Shown here one piece after another: positions 53,230 through 64,000 of a DNA stretch of 64,000 bases. A model generated the notes under the pieces. The model saw only the letters and a list, made by a program, of their open reading frames with translations. It ran no database searches and was not told the DNA's origin. The stretch spans positions 30,008,001-30,072,000 of the forward strand of contig OZ024751.1 of NCBI GenBank assembly GCA_964016885.1. The letters run 5' to 3'. Made by a program: the position numbers and the translations under genes. The stretch comes from Eledone cirrhosa (taxonomy: Eukaryota). Positions within the stretch are counted from its first letter, which is position 1; each line of letters begins with the position of its first letter.

Positions 53230-54270
53230 AAGAAGACCAACAACAACATTGTCACCACCTCCAACAACAACTTTCACACCAACACCACCCCCACCTCACC
53301 ACTACCACCACCACCACAACTAACAGTAACAACCACATCACCAAGAACCACCATCATTACCACCACTACTGCCACAATCACCAACACCGACAACAACAAC
53401 AACAACCTCACCACAACCACCACCACCACCTCACTACCACCACCACCTCACCACTACCACCACCTCACCACTACCACCACCACAACTAACAGTAACAAGC
53501 CCATCACCAAGAACCACACCACCACGACCACCATCATTACCACCACTACTGCTACAACAACAACAACCTCACCACTACCACCACCACCTCACTACGACCA
53601 CCACTACACTACAACCTCCACCTCACCACTACCACCACCACCACCACCTCACTACAACCACCACCTCGCCACTACCACCACCACACTACAACCACCACCT
53701 CACTACAACCACCACCTCACCACTACCACCACCTCACCACTACCACCACCTCACCACTACCACCACCTCACCACTACCACCACCACATCTCCAAGAACCA
53801 CATCATCACCACCATCATTACCACATCATCAAGAACTGCATCACCATCACCACCATTATGATCATCACCACTGCCACCACTATGATCACCACCACCACCA
53901 CTAACAACAACAACCTCACCACCAACACCACTGCCACCACCACTACCATCACTGCCACCACCACCACCAACACCACCAACACCACTACCATCACTGCCAC
54001 CACCACCACCAACACCACTACCATCACTGCCACCACCACCACCACCAACACCACTACCATCACTGCCACCACCACCACCAACACCACTGCCACCGCCACC
54101 ACCAACACCACTACCATCACTGCCACCACCACCACCAACACCACTACCATCACTGCCACCACCACCACTACCATCACTGCCACCACCACCACCAACACCA
54201 CTACCATCACTGCCACCACCACCACCAACACCACTACCATCACTGCCACCACCACCAACATCAACAACCA
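53230..54270. repeat. (CAC)n-based microsatellite/minisatellite (ACCAACACCACTACCATCACTGCCACCACC)
   Basis: Direct inspection. Confidence 0.9.
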
Positions 54271-54852
54271 ATGTTGATTTAATCACAGGTTACATAGCAA
54301 AAGAGCACTTTCTTAAAAGAGGGGGAAAAAAGTTGTAACAAAAAAATATAATGTTATATAATAAAATAAATATATATATATAAAATATAATATAATAAAG
54401 ATATCATATAATATAAATTATTAAATATATATACACATATACATACATACATACATATATATATACACACACGCACACAGACATATATATATATATAAAG
54501 TATGGGAGACCAGCGTGTGACTAATTGAACATAATTAGTAAGCTCCTCGTTATTATTCTTGGTTCAAAGAATTGCTGATATATTCAAAAGAGGGCATCAT
54601 TGAAGCACACTACTGCTGATAGTGGTGGTGGTGGTGGTGGTGGTGGGGGTGTCTGGTGGTGGTGGTGGTAGTGGTAGTGGCGCTGGGGTAGTCGGGTGGT
54701 GTGGTGGTCGTAATAGTGGAAGTAATGGTGTCAGTACTGGTTTGGGGAGGCAGGTTACAGTTGGAAATGAGGGTGAGGTGAGGAAGGGAGTTAGTCATGA
54801 ATGATAAAAAATAATTTGTGGTAGGGATTTTATTTTTAATAGTAAGTGTAAA

Positions 54853-55600
54853 GACAGCTAGCTAACTAACACAGTAACTAGAAGATAGTTAACTAAACAT
54901 AGTAATCACTGGTAAAGTGCTATCTAACATATAGACAGCTAACTAACAAATAGTAACTAGAAGATAGTTAACTAACTAACATAGTAACAAGAAGATAGTT
55001 AACTAACCTAGTAACTAGAAGATAGTTAACTAACTAACACAGTAATAACTGATAAAGTACTGTCTATCTAACATATAGTCAGTGTAATGACAGTTAGATA
55101 ACTAACACAGTAACTAGAAGACAGTTAACTAACTAACACAGTAATAACTGGTAGAGTGCTAGCTAAGATATAGTAACTAGAAGACAGTTAACTAACTAAG
55201 ACAGTAATAACTGGTAAAGTAATGTCTATTTAACATGTGAGTATAATTACAGCTAGTTAACACATAGTAACTAGAAGACAGTTAACTAACTAACATAGTA
55301 ATAACTGGTAAAGTGCTATCTAACATATAGTCAGTGTAATGACAGCTAACTAACAAATAGTAACTAGAAGATAGTTAACTAACTAACCTAGTAACTAGAA
55401 GACAGTTAGCTAACTAACACAGTAATAAGTGGTAAAGTGCTATCTAACATATAGTAAGTATAATGACAGTTAGCTAACACATAGTAACTAGAAGACAGTT
55501 CACTAACTAACATACATAGTCAGTATAAAGACAACTAGCTGTCTAACCCAGTGATAACTGGAAGATGTCTAACTAAGACATAGTAAATGAAAAGACAGCT
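54853..55600. repeat. Complex TAAC/TAG-rich minisatellite (AGTAACTAGAAGAYAGTTAACTAACTAAC)
   Basis: About 11 AGTAACTAGAAG-type modules interleaved with GGTAAAGTGCTATCTAACATATAG modules. Confidence 0.85.
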
Positions 55601-55718
55601 AAGACATTAGTCTTTCATCAGGAGATAGAATGAGAAATAAAAGATGAAAGAGGAAGGAAAGGAAAATTTTTTGGGGGAGATGAAGCACGTGTGTGCTCAG
55701 TCAGCTATTTTGTATATA

Positions 55719-55769
<51 letters not shown>

Positions 55770-55860
55770 GCAAAGGGATATTTAATTTGTTGGTAATTCA
55801 ACAATTATATTTATAACAGATTCGAAGCACTCGACAGGTTTTCTGGAGTATAATATCAAT

Positions 55861-56053
55861 GATATTAATAAATGGAAACTATATTTATAAAACCATATTT
55901 ATTCTATTATATATATTTCAAGGGTACCAAAACTTTGGTACACGATCAGCAGATAAATATCTGATAAGAGCGTACCAAAGTTTTGGTACCCTTGAAATAT
56001 ATATAATAGAATAAATATGGTTTTATAAATATAGTTTCTATTTATTTAATATC
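55861..56053. mobile_element. Fold-back Penelope-like relic (family H7)
   Basis: ~75-bp arms (55867-55941 / 55972-56046) with a 30-nt loop; CTGATAA-GAGCGTACCAAAGTTTTGGTACCCTT-GAAA-TATA-TA. Confidence 0.6.
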
Positions 56054-56070
56054 TTTGTATATATATATAT

Positions 56071-56893
56071 TCATCATCACCGTTTTACGTCTGTTCTTCC
56101 ACGCTAGCATGGGTTAGACGGGTTGTCCTGTTGTGGGCAGTGCCCGGTCGGCTGACCTTGTCTTGCTCATACGGGAACTGATTCTGGCTTGATTTCTACA
56201 GCTGGATGCCCTTCCTAACACCAACCTCATTTACAGTGAGTGCTGGGTGCTTTTTTCCGTGGCGCCTACACGTCCACTTTACAGTGTGGGCTGGGTGCTT
56301 TTTTGCCATGGCACCTCCACGACCACTTTGCAGTGGGAGGGTGTGGGGGCATATTGTCTATATGCTTCAGCTTCAGCTTGTACCCATGGGGGGTCGGGTA
56401 CTCTGTATTACTGCGTGACGCCAGTGGTCTCGGTCGTGTGTTATCGCCTTTCAGAGGTGTAATTGGGTATGGTCAGCTTTTATCACCTCATCCCAGGTCT
56501 TCTTGGGTGTTCCCACTCCATGGTTTCCATCGACTTCTAGTGTTCTGTACCTTTTTATGCAGCTGTCATCCTTCATACGCATCACATGTCCATACCAACG
56601 CAACCACCTCTCCTGCACACAGCATTTGATTCCTCTTATGCTCAGTCTCTCTCTCAATTCGTTTATGCTTTGCCTTTTGCGTATATTACTATTACACACC
56701 CATCGAAGCATGCAGGCTTCGTTTCTTTCTAATCTACACAAGTCTTCTACAGACAGCGCCCAGGTCTCACTACCATGTAACATTGCTGTTCGTATACACG
56801 CATCATACAGTCTGCCTTTCATTTTGAGGGAAAAGCCTTTTGCAGCGAACAGTGGCAGTAGCTCCCTGAACTTCTTCCATCCCGTTCTTACCC
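56071..56893 (-). mobile_element. RTE-clade LINE, 5'-truncated (ORF C-terminus + complete 3'UTR)
   Basis: GWKKFRELLPL...KGRLYDACIRTAMLHGSETW...MLRW...LRWYGHVMRM...GTPKKTWDEVIKAD; 3'UTR ends ..GACGTAAAACGG(TGA)n. Confidence 0.92.
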
Positions 56894-57087
56894 TATATAT
56901 ATATATATGATTTATATATATATATATCATCATCATCATCATCGTTTAACATCCATTTTCCACACTAGCATGGGTAGGACATGTATGTATATGTGTATAT
57001 ATATGTGTATATAAGTATGTATATGTGTATATATATATATATGTGTGTATATATGTGTATGTGTATATATGTGTGTGTGTGTATCTT

Positions 57088-57227
57088 GGGTTCAATCAGT
57101 GGTAACCACAGTAACGTACTCAATACATAGCAGGCTATAAATATTTAATATAGAAATGGCTTCTACAAGGCCCAGGGCTTTCCTGATGATTTCCTTTGAA
57201 TGAAACAGTTCTAGTGATGTAGAAGCC

Positions 57228-57233
<6 letters not shown>
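57088..57233. mobile_element. Family H6 relic with 16-bp inverted repeat around a hammerhead-like core
   Basis: AGAAATGGCTTCTACA (57152-67) / TGTAGAAGCCATTTCT (57218-33); CTGATGA at 57183-89, GAAACAGTTC from 57202. Confidence 0.6.
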
Positions 57234-57258
<25 letters not shown>

Positions 57259-57516
57259 CACATAAATATTTATATATATATACCGTGTCCTTCGTTTGAT
57301 AATAGCACCAACAATGATGTGAATGGGGGTGGACATAGTTGATGATGATGATGATAATGAGAAGCATGGTTTTGTCGATGATGATAATGATGATGATGCT
57401 TGTTATTATTATTATGATGGTGATGATGCTGAAATCCTGTCAATGTGAATACCTGTTTCCGCTGGTAGAAAGGCGTGTTTAGTTGTTGATTATCAAAACT
57501 GTCGCCTCACCTCTCC

Positions 57517-58548
57517 TCACCCCACCACCCCACTAACACCCACCCCCACCACCACCACCCCACTAACACCTACCACCACCACCACCACCCCGCTAACACC
57601 TACCACCACCACCCCACTAACACCTACCACCACCACCACCACCCCACTAACACCTACCACCACCACCACCCCGCTAACACCTACCATCACCACCACCACC
57701 CCACTAACACCTACCACCACCACCACCACCCCACTAACACCTACCACCACCACCACCCCGCTAACACCTACCACCACCACCCCACTAACACCTACCACCA
57801 CCACCACCACCCCACTAACACCTACCACCATCACCACCCCACTAACACCTACCACCACCACCACCCCGCTAACACCTACCACCACCACCCCACTAACACC
57901 CACCACCACCACCACCACCCCACTAACACCTACCACCATCACCACCCCACTAACACCTACCACCACCACCACCACCCCACTAACACCTACCACCACCACC
58001 ACCACCCCACTAACACCCACCACCACCACCCCACTAACACCCACCATCACCACCCCACTAACACCTACCACCACCACCCCACTAACACCCACCACCACCA
58101 CCCCATAACACCCACCACCACCACCCCACTAACACCTACCACCATCACCACCCCACTAACACCTACCACCATCACCACCCCACTAACACCTACCACCACC
58201 ACCACCACCCCACTAACACCTACCACCACCACCACCACCCCACTAACACCCACCACCCCACTAACACCCACCACCACCACCACCCCACTAACACCTACCA
58301 CCACCACCACCACCCCACTAACACCCACCACCACCACCCCGCTAACACCTACCACCACCACCACCACCCCACTAACACCCACCACCACCACCACCACCCC
58401 ACTAACACCCACCACCACCACCACCACCCCACTAACACCCACCACCACCACCACCACCACCACCCCACTAACACCTACCACCACCACCACCCCACTAACA
58501 CCCACCACCACCACCACCACCCCACTAACACCCACCACCACCACCACC
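57517..58548. repeat. C-rich minisatellite CCCCACTAACACCY(ACC)n
   Basis: Roughly 35-40 units of 18-39 bp, all multiples of 3. Confidence 0.92.
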
Positions 58549-58595
58549 GTCTACCTACCATACACTACTCGAGGGTGTAAAAGCTGAAAGTTTTT

Positions 58596-59010
58596 CATCA
58601 TCGCCATCACTATCATCATCAGCATCATCGTCACAGCAATTGTAATCATCATCATCATCATCATTATCATTGTTGTTGCCGTCACCATCATCACTATCAC
58701 CATCATCACCATCATCATCATTATCATCACCATCACAATCATCATTATCATCATCCCCATTACCATCATCATCACGGTCATCATCATCAAAATCATCGTC
58801 ATTGTCACAATCATCATCGACATCATCATCATCATCACCATTATCATCATCTTAATCATCATCATCATCATCGCCATCATCACCATCATCATCATCACCA
58901 TCATCATCATCACCATCACCATCACCACCACCATCACCATCATCACCACCATCACCATCATCATCACCATCACCATCATCATCACCATCACCATCATCAC
59001 CACCATCACC

Positions 59011-59042
<32 letters not shown>
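58596..59042. repeat. (CAT/CAC)n degenerate microsatellite
   Basis: Direct inspection. Confidence 0.9.
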
Positions 59043-59315
59043 TGGAGAAACATTTGATATTGTCTGATTTCCCGAAGAAGTTTTCTTCTAATTCCACTGC
59101 CACCTAATAGAGTTTCGGCTCGGTTTTGGTTTTGGTTTGGTCTGGTCTGGCTTGGTTTGGCTCTAGCATCTTCCGTTGGCTTCTTGAAGATGACAACCTT
59201 ATGCCTCAGGTGATATAACGACCATGACTAATTAACAGATTTCAATAGGTTTCTATTGAGCTCCGAATAACATATACATTTACAAATAATTCTCTACAAA
59301 CCAATGCTGTATTTC

Positions 59316-60000
59316 AGGTGTTGTAGTTGGTGGTGGTGGTGGTGGTGGTGGTGGTAGTGTTGAGGGTGTTGTTGTGGTTGTTGTTGTTGTTAGTGATGGT
59401 GGTGGTGGTGGTGGTGGTGCAGCTGTTGTTGGTGTTGCTGTTGGTGTTGTTGGTGGTTGTGTTTCAGGTGTTGTTGGTGGTGGTTGTGTTTCAGGTGTTG
59501 TTGCTGTTGTTGGTGGTGGTGCTGCTGTTGGTGTTGTTGGTGGTGGTGGTAGTGTTGAGGGTGTTGTTGTGGTTGTTGTTGTTGTTAGTGATGGTGGTGG
59601 TGGTGGTGGTGGTGCAGCTGTTGTTGGTGTTGCTGTTGGTGTTGTTGGTGGTTGTGTTTCAGGTGTTGTTGGTGGTGGTTGTGTTTCAGGTGTTGTTGCT
59701 GTTGTTGGTGGTGGTGGTGGTGCTGCTGTTGGTGTTGTTGGTGGTGGTGGTAGTGTTGAGGGTGTTGTTGTGGTTGTTGTTGTTGTTAGTGATGGTGGTG
59801 GTGGTGGTGGTGCAGCTGTTGTTGGTGTTGCTGTTGGTGTTGTTGGTGGTTGTGTTTCAGGTGTTGTTGGTGGTGGTTGTGTTTTGGGTGTTGTTGCTGT
59901 TGTTGTTGGTGGTGGTGGTGGTGCTGCTGTTGGTGTTGTTGGTGGTGGTGGTGGTGTTGAGGGTGTTGTTGTTGGTGCTGCTGTTGTGGTTATTGTTGTT
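59316..60000. repeat. ~200-bp tandem repeat built from GGT/GTT triplets (3.3 copies)
   Basis: GTGTTGAGGGTG anchor at 59357, 59552, 59753 and 59954 (spacings 195, 201, 201). Confidence 0.88.
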
Positions 60001-60757
60001 GGCGATGGTGGTGCTGTTGTTGAGGGTGGTGGTGTTGTTGTTGTCATTGTTGTTGATGTCAATGTTATTTGGGGTGTTGGCAGTGGCGCTGTTGTTTTTG
60101 AGGGTGTAGGGACAATATGACAACTCCCCACCCCACCCCACTTGACCCACAATTACTGACTTTCCTCCTCCTTCCTCTCACATAATCACCACCACCACCA
60201 CCACCATCACTACCACTATTACCACCACTATCTCTGCCACTACTACCATTACAACCACCACTATCATTGCCCCTACTACTATCACCCACCACCCAGCCCC
60301 CATCACCACCACCACCATCATCGTTATCACTACCACCACCACCATCATCATCATCATCACTGACACTACTACTATCACTACCACCACCACCATTATCACC
60401 ATCACTACCACTACCACCATCATCATTATCACTGCTATTATTATCATCATCACTACAACAACCAACATCACCACAATCAACATCATCACCATCAATGTCA
60501 CCACCACCACCACCGCAATCACCGCCAACGCCATGTATATATATATATATATACATGTATATATATGTGCATGTGTGTGTGTGTGTAATCACAACATATG
60601 GCATGGATATGGATGTGAACTTACTAATGCACACACACACACACATATATATGTGTGTGTATGTGTGTGTGTATGTATATATATGTATATATATATATAT
60701 ATATACGTACACACATATATATATATATATAGATAGATATATATATATGTGTGTGTA

Positions 60758-60825
60758 TATCAACAAGAGTTTGTTAGAAGGATATATATATATATATAAA
60801 GATACACACACATATATATGTTTAC

Positions 60826-60859
<34 letters not shown>

Positions 60860-61261
60860 CAACAAGAGTTTGTTAGAAGGATATATATATATATATATAT
60901 AAACATACATACACATATATATATGTGTTGATATATATATATATATATATATATATCAACAAGAGTTTGTTAGAAGGATATATATATATATATATAAACA
61001 TACATACACATATATATATGTGTTGATATATATATATATATATATATATATATCAACAAGAGTTTGTTAGAAGGATATATATATATATATAAACATACAT
61101 ACACATATATATATGTGTTGATATATATATATATATATATATATATCAACAAGAGTTTGTTAGAAGGATATATATATATATATATAAACATACATACACA
61201 TATATATATGTGTTGATATATATATATATATCAACAAGAGTTTGTTAGAAGGATATATATA

Positions 61262-61292
<31 letters not shown>

Positions 61293-61316
61293 CAACAAGA
61301 GTTTGTTAGAAGGATA
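60758..61316. repeat. Minisatellite: constant TCAACAAGAGTTTGTTAGAAGGA x7 separated by variable (TA)n
   Basis: Seven copies counted. Confidence 0.92.
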
Positions 61317-61691
61317 TATATATAAGGATAAGGATTGTGGTAGTAAATTGGCAGATAATTAAGCAGGTCCTGAATCCTATTGAAATTCTAACTGTATGGA
61401 ATTGCTTATATTTTCTGCGGATCATCGGAGTAATTGGCTGGTAAATTGGTGTGGATTAGATGCTTATCCCATGCAAGGCCAACTTCTTTGGTCTTGGAAT
61501 ACAAATCAACGGTATGCATACACACACAGACATATACACACACACACACACAGACTCACTCACAGACACACACACACACACAGACACATATATGTTGTTA
61601 TACCATCCTAATATATCCTATATATATATATAATGTCATTATAACAACTGGATACTATATTCATGTTTGTTGCTCTTTCTAGCTTACCGTT

Positions 61692-61733
<42 letters not shown>

Positions 61734-62229
61734 TATACATATACATATATATATATATATATATATACATATGTATATGTATATATGTATATATATATAT
61801 TTATATATATATATATATATACATATGCATATGTATATATATATATATATAAATATATGTATATGTATATATATATATATGTATATATACACGTATGTAT
61901 ATGTATATATATATATATATCATCATACACACCCACACATGTTTATAAAGCACCACACGGTATTTGCTATAAGCCTTTCTTCTGTATGTACACTACACCT
62001 AATGTATGTATCTATGCATATATATATATATGTATATATATATATATTGTATATATGTGTGTATGGGGACTATATTGGTTGGTGTGTATGTGTGTTTGTA
62101 TGTTAAAAACCTTAAGCTTATGAAACAAACATGTCCTTTATAATGAACACTCGTGTGTGTGTATGTGTATATATATGTGTGTGTATATATGTGTGTGTAT
62201 GTGTGTGTATGTGTGTGTATGTGTGTGTA

Positions 62230-62400
62230 CCATCATTATCATTTTTATGTCTCTTTTTCCATGCTTGACTAAGTTAAATGAGTCTCCCTGTTTAGAATGT
62301 TCCTTCAATTGTTCTGTTTCTTCAACATCTCCTCTGTAAACTTCAGTGTCCTAGGATCAACTCTCACCACATTTCACTACGGGCCTGCTACCAGTATTGG
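62230..62400 (-). mobile_element. Old RTE 3' end
   Basis: NVVRVDPRTLKFTEEM followed by an AAGCATGGAAAAAGAGACATAAAAATGAT tail. Confidence 0.5.
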
Positions 62401-62490
62401 AACCAGATGTTTTGTTCGAGGACCTAGTCCCAGAAAAAGGCTACAGGCATTGTCCTCCCACCTGAGTTACACAGTATACATTTCCATATC

Positions 62491-63270
62491 ACCTGTGTTA
62501 CACAATATCCACTGCCTTCCACCTGGGTTACACAATATCCACTGCCTTCCACCTGGGTTACACAATATCCACTGCCTTCCACCTGGGTTACACAATATCC
62601 ACTGCCTTCCACCTGTGTTACACAATATCCACTGCCTTCCACCTGGGTTACACAATATCCACTGCCTTCCACCTGGGTTACACAATATCCACTGCCTTCC
62701 ACCTGGGTTACACAATATCCACTGCCTTCCACCTGGGTTACACAATATCCACTGCCTTCCACCTGGGTAACACAATATCCACTACCTACCACCTGGGTAA
62801 CACAATATCCACTACCTTCCACCTGGGTAACACAATATCCACTGCCTTCCACCTGGGTTACACAATATCCACTGCCTTCCACCTGGGTTACACAATATCC
62901 ACTACCTACCACCTGGGTTACACAATATCCACTGCCTTCCACCTGGGTTACACAATATCCACTGCCTTCCACCTGGGTTACACAATATCCACTACCTTCC
63001 ACCTGGGTTACACAATATCCACTACCTACCACCTGGGTTACACAATATCCACTGCCTTCCACCTGGGTTACACAATATCCACTGCCTTCCACCTGGGTTA
63101 CACAATATCCACTGCCTTCCACCTGGGTTACACAATATCCACTACCTACCACCTGGGTAACACAATATCCACTGCCTTCCACCTGGGTTACACAATATCC
63201 ACTGCCTTCCACCTGGGTTACACAATATCCACTGCCTTCCACCTGGGTTACACAATATCCACTACCTTCC
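62491..63270. repeat. 30-bp minisatellite ACCTGGGTTACACAATATCCACTGCCTTCC x26
   Basis: Very homogeneous, with variants on a 120-bp period. Confidence 0.97.
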
Positions 63271-63499
63271 ATATGGAGGGGAGCCAGTTGTAGTAGATGT
63301 TATAGTGTTGGTGGTGTTGGCTGTGGTGGCAGCAGTGGTGCTGATAATGGTAGTAATAGTAGTGGTGGGTATGGTGGTGTTGGTGATGACAGTGGTGGTG
63401 TTGGTGATGACAGTGGTGGTGGTGGTGGCTAGACTTGCTTCTAAAATACACATAAGAAACACTGACATGCACCAGACTCTTGCATACACATACACACAT

Positions 63500-63860
63500 T
63501 GACATACAGATACTTACAGATATGCAAACACACAAACACAGACAAACTTACCCACACGCACTGATATACAGACACATACTTACAAACACAGATACAAACA
63601 TATACACACTTACAGACACAGATACAGACACACACATACTTACAAACACACAGACACAACACACACACTTACAGACACAGATACAGACACACACATACTT
63701 ACAAACACAGATACAGACACACACATACTTACAGACACAGATACAAACATATACACACTTACAGACACAGATACAGACACACACACACTTACAAACACAG
63801 ATACAGACACACACATACTTACAAACACAGATACAGACACACACTTACAGACACACACAC
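63500..63860. repeat. ~30-bp (CA)-rich minisatellite (ACTTACARACACAGATACAGACACAC)
   Basis: Direct inspection. Confidence 0.85.
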
Positions 63861-64000
63861 ACTGCACGTGTGCATGCCCCACTAAAGAAAGTATTTGATC
63901 AAGTGAACCAGTGATTAACTTTTCTTTATAACCACTCATTTCCATAAAACTTGTCTCATCTTTCTTCATCTCAGCCTCCCCCTCCTCCTCCACCACCACC

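Noticed and set aside
58560-59103. Asp-rich exon on the - strand (VAVELEENFFG...DDD...EKLSAFTPSSSV)
   Set aside because: In-frame TAA at ~58852, weak acceptor, microsatellite origin.
60758-61316. CRISPR-like repeat-spacer array
   Set aside because: The spacers are near-identical (TA)n-based sequence, there are no cas genes, and the context is eukaryotic.
62424-63272. 282-aa (VEGSGYCVTQ)n protein
   Set aside because: A 30-bp minisatellite open in several frames; no flanking coding context.

Overview
This is AT-rich eukaryotic (animal) DNA saturated with microsatellites ((TA)n, (CA)n, (CAT)n, (TAG)n, (GT)n). The SINE/LINE repertoire suggests an octopus or other coleoid cephalopod intron or intergenic region; this is inference. 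Almost all ORFs in the supplied track are translations of microsatellites. I found no confident host gene, only weak micro-exon, exon and splice-site candidates. Supported features are decayed mobile elements: two R4/Dong-clade LINE fragments, RTE-clade LINE 3' ends, a CRE-type RLE-LINE fragment, an internally deleted DD37D (maT) Tc1/mariner element with TIRs and TA TSD, a piggyBac-type MITE, a Helitron-like 5' end, four tRNA-derived SINE families and several minisatellites. The most striking signal is a set of non-coding elements sitting in (TA)n tracts that carry minimal type I hammerhead ribozyme motifs. One is an intact-looking ribozyme inside a 425-bp, terminally repeated, retrozyme/Penelope-pLTR-like unit (21131-21640). 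The others belong to at least five further families, several of which form 54-75 bp fold-back palindromes centred on or next to the ribozyme core.
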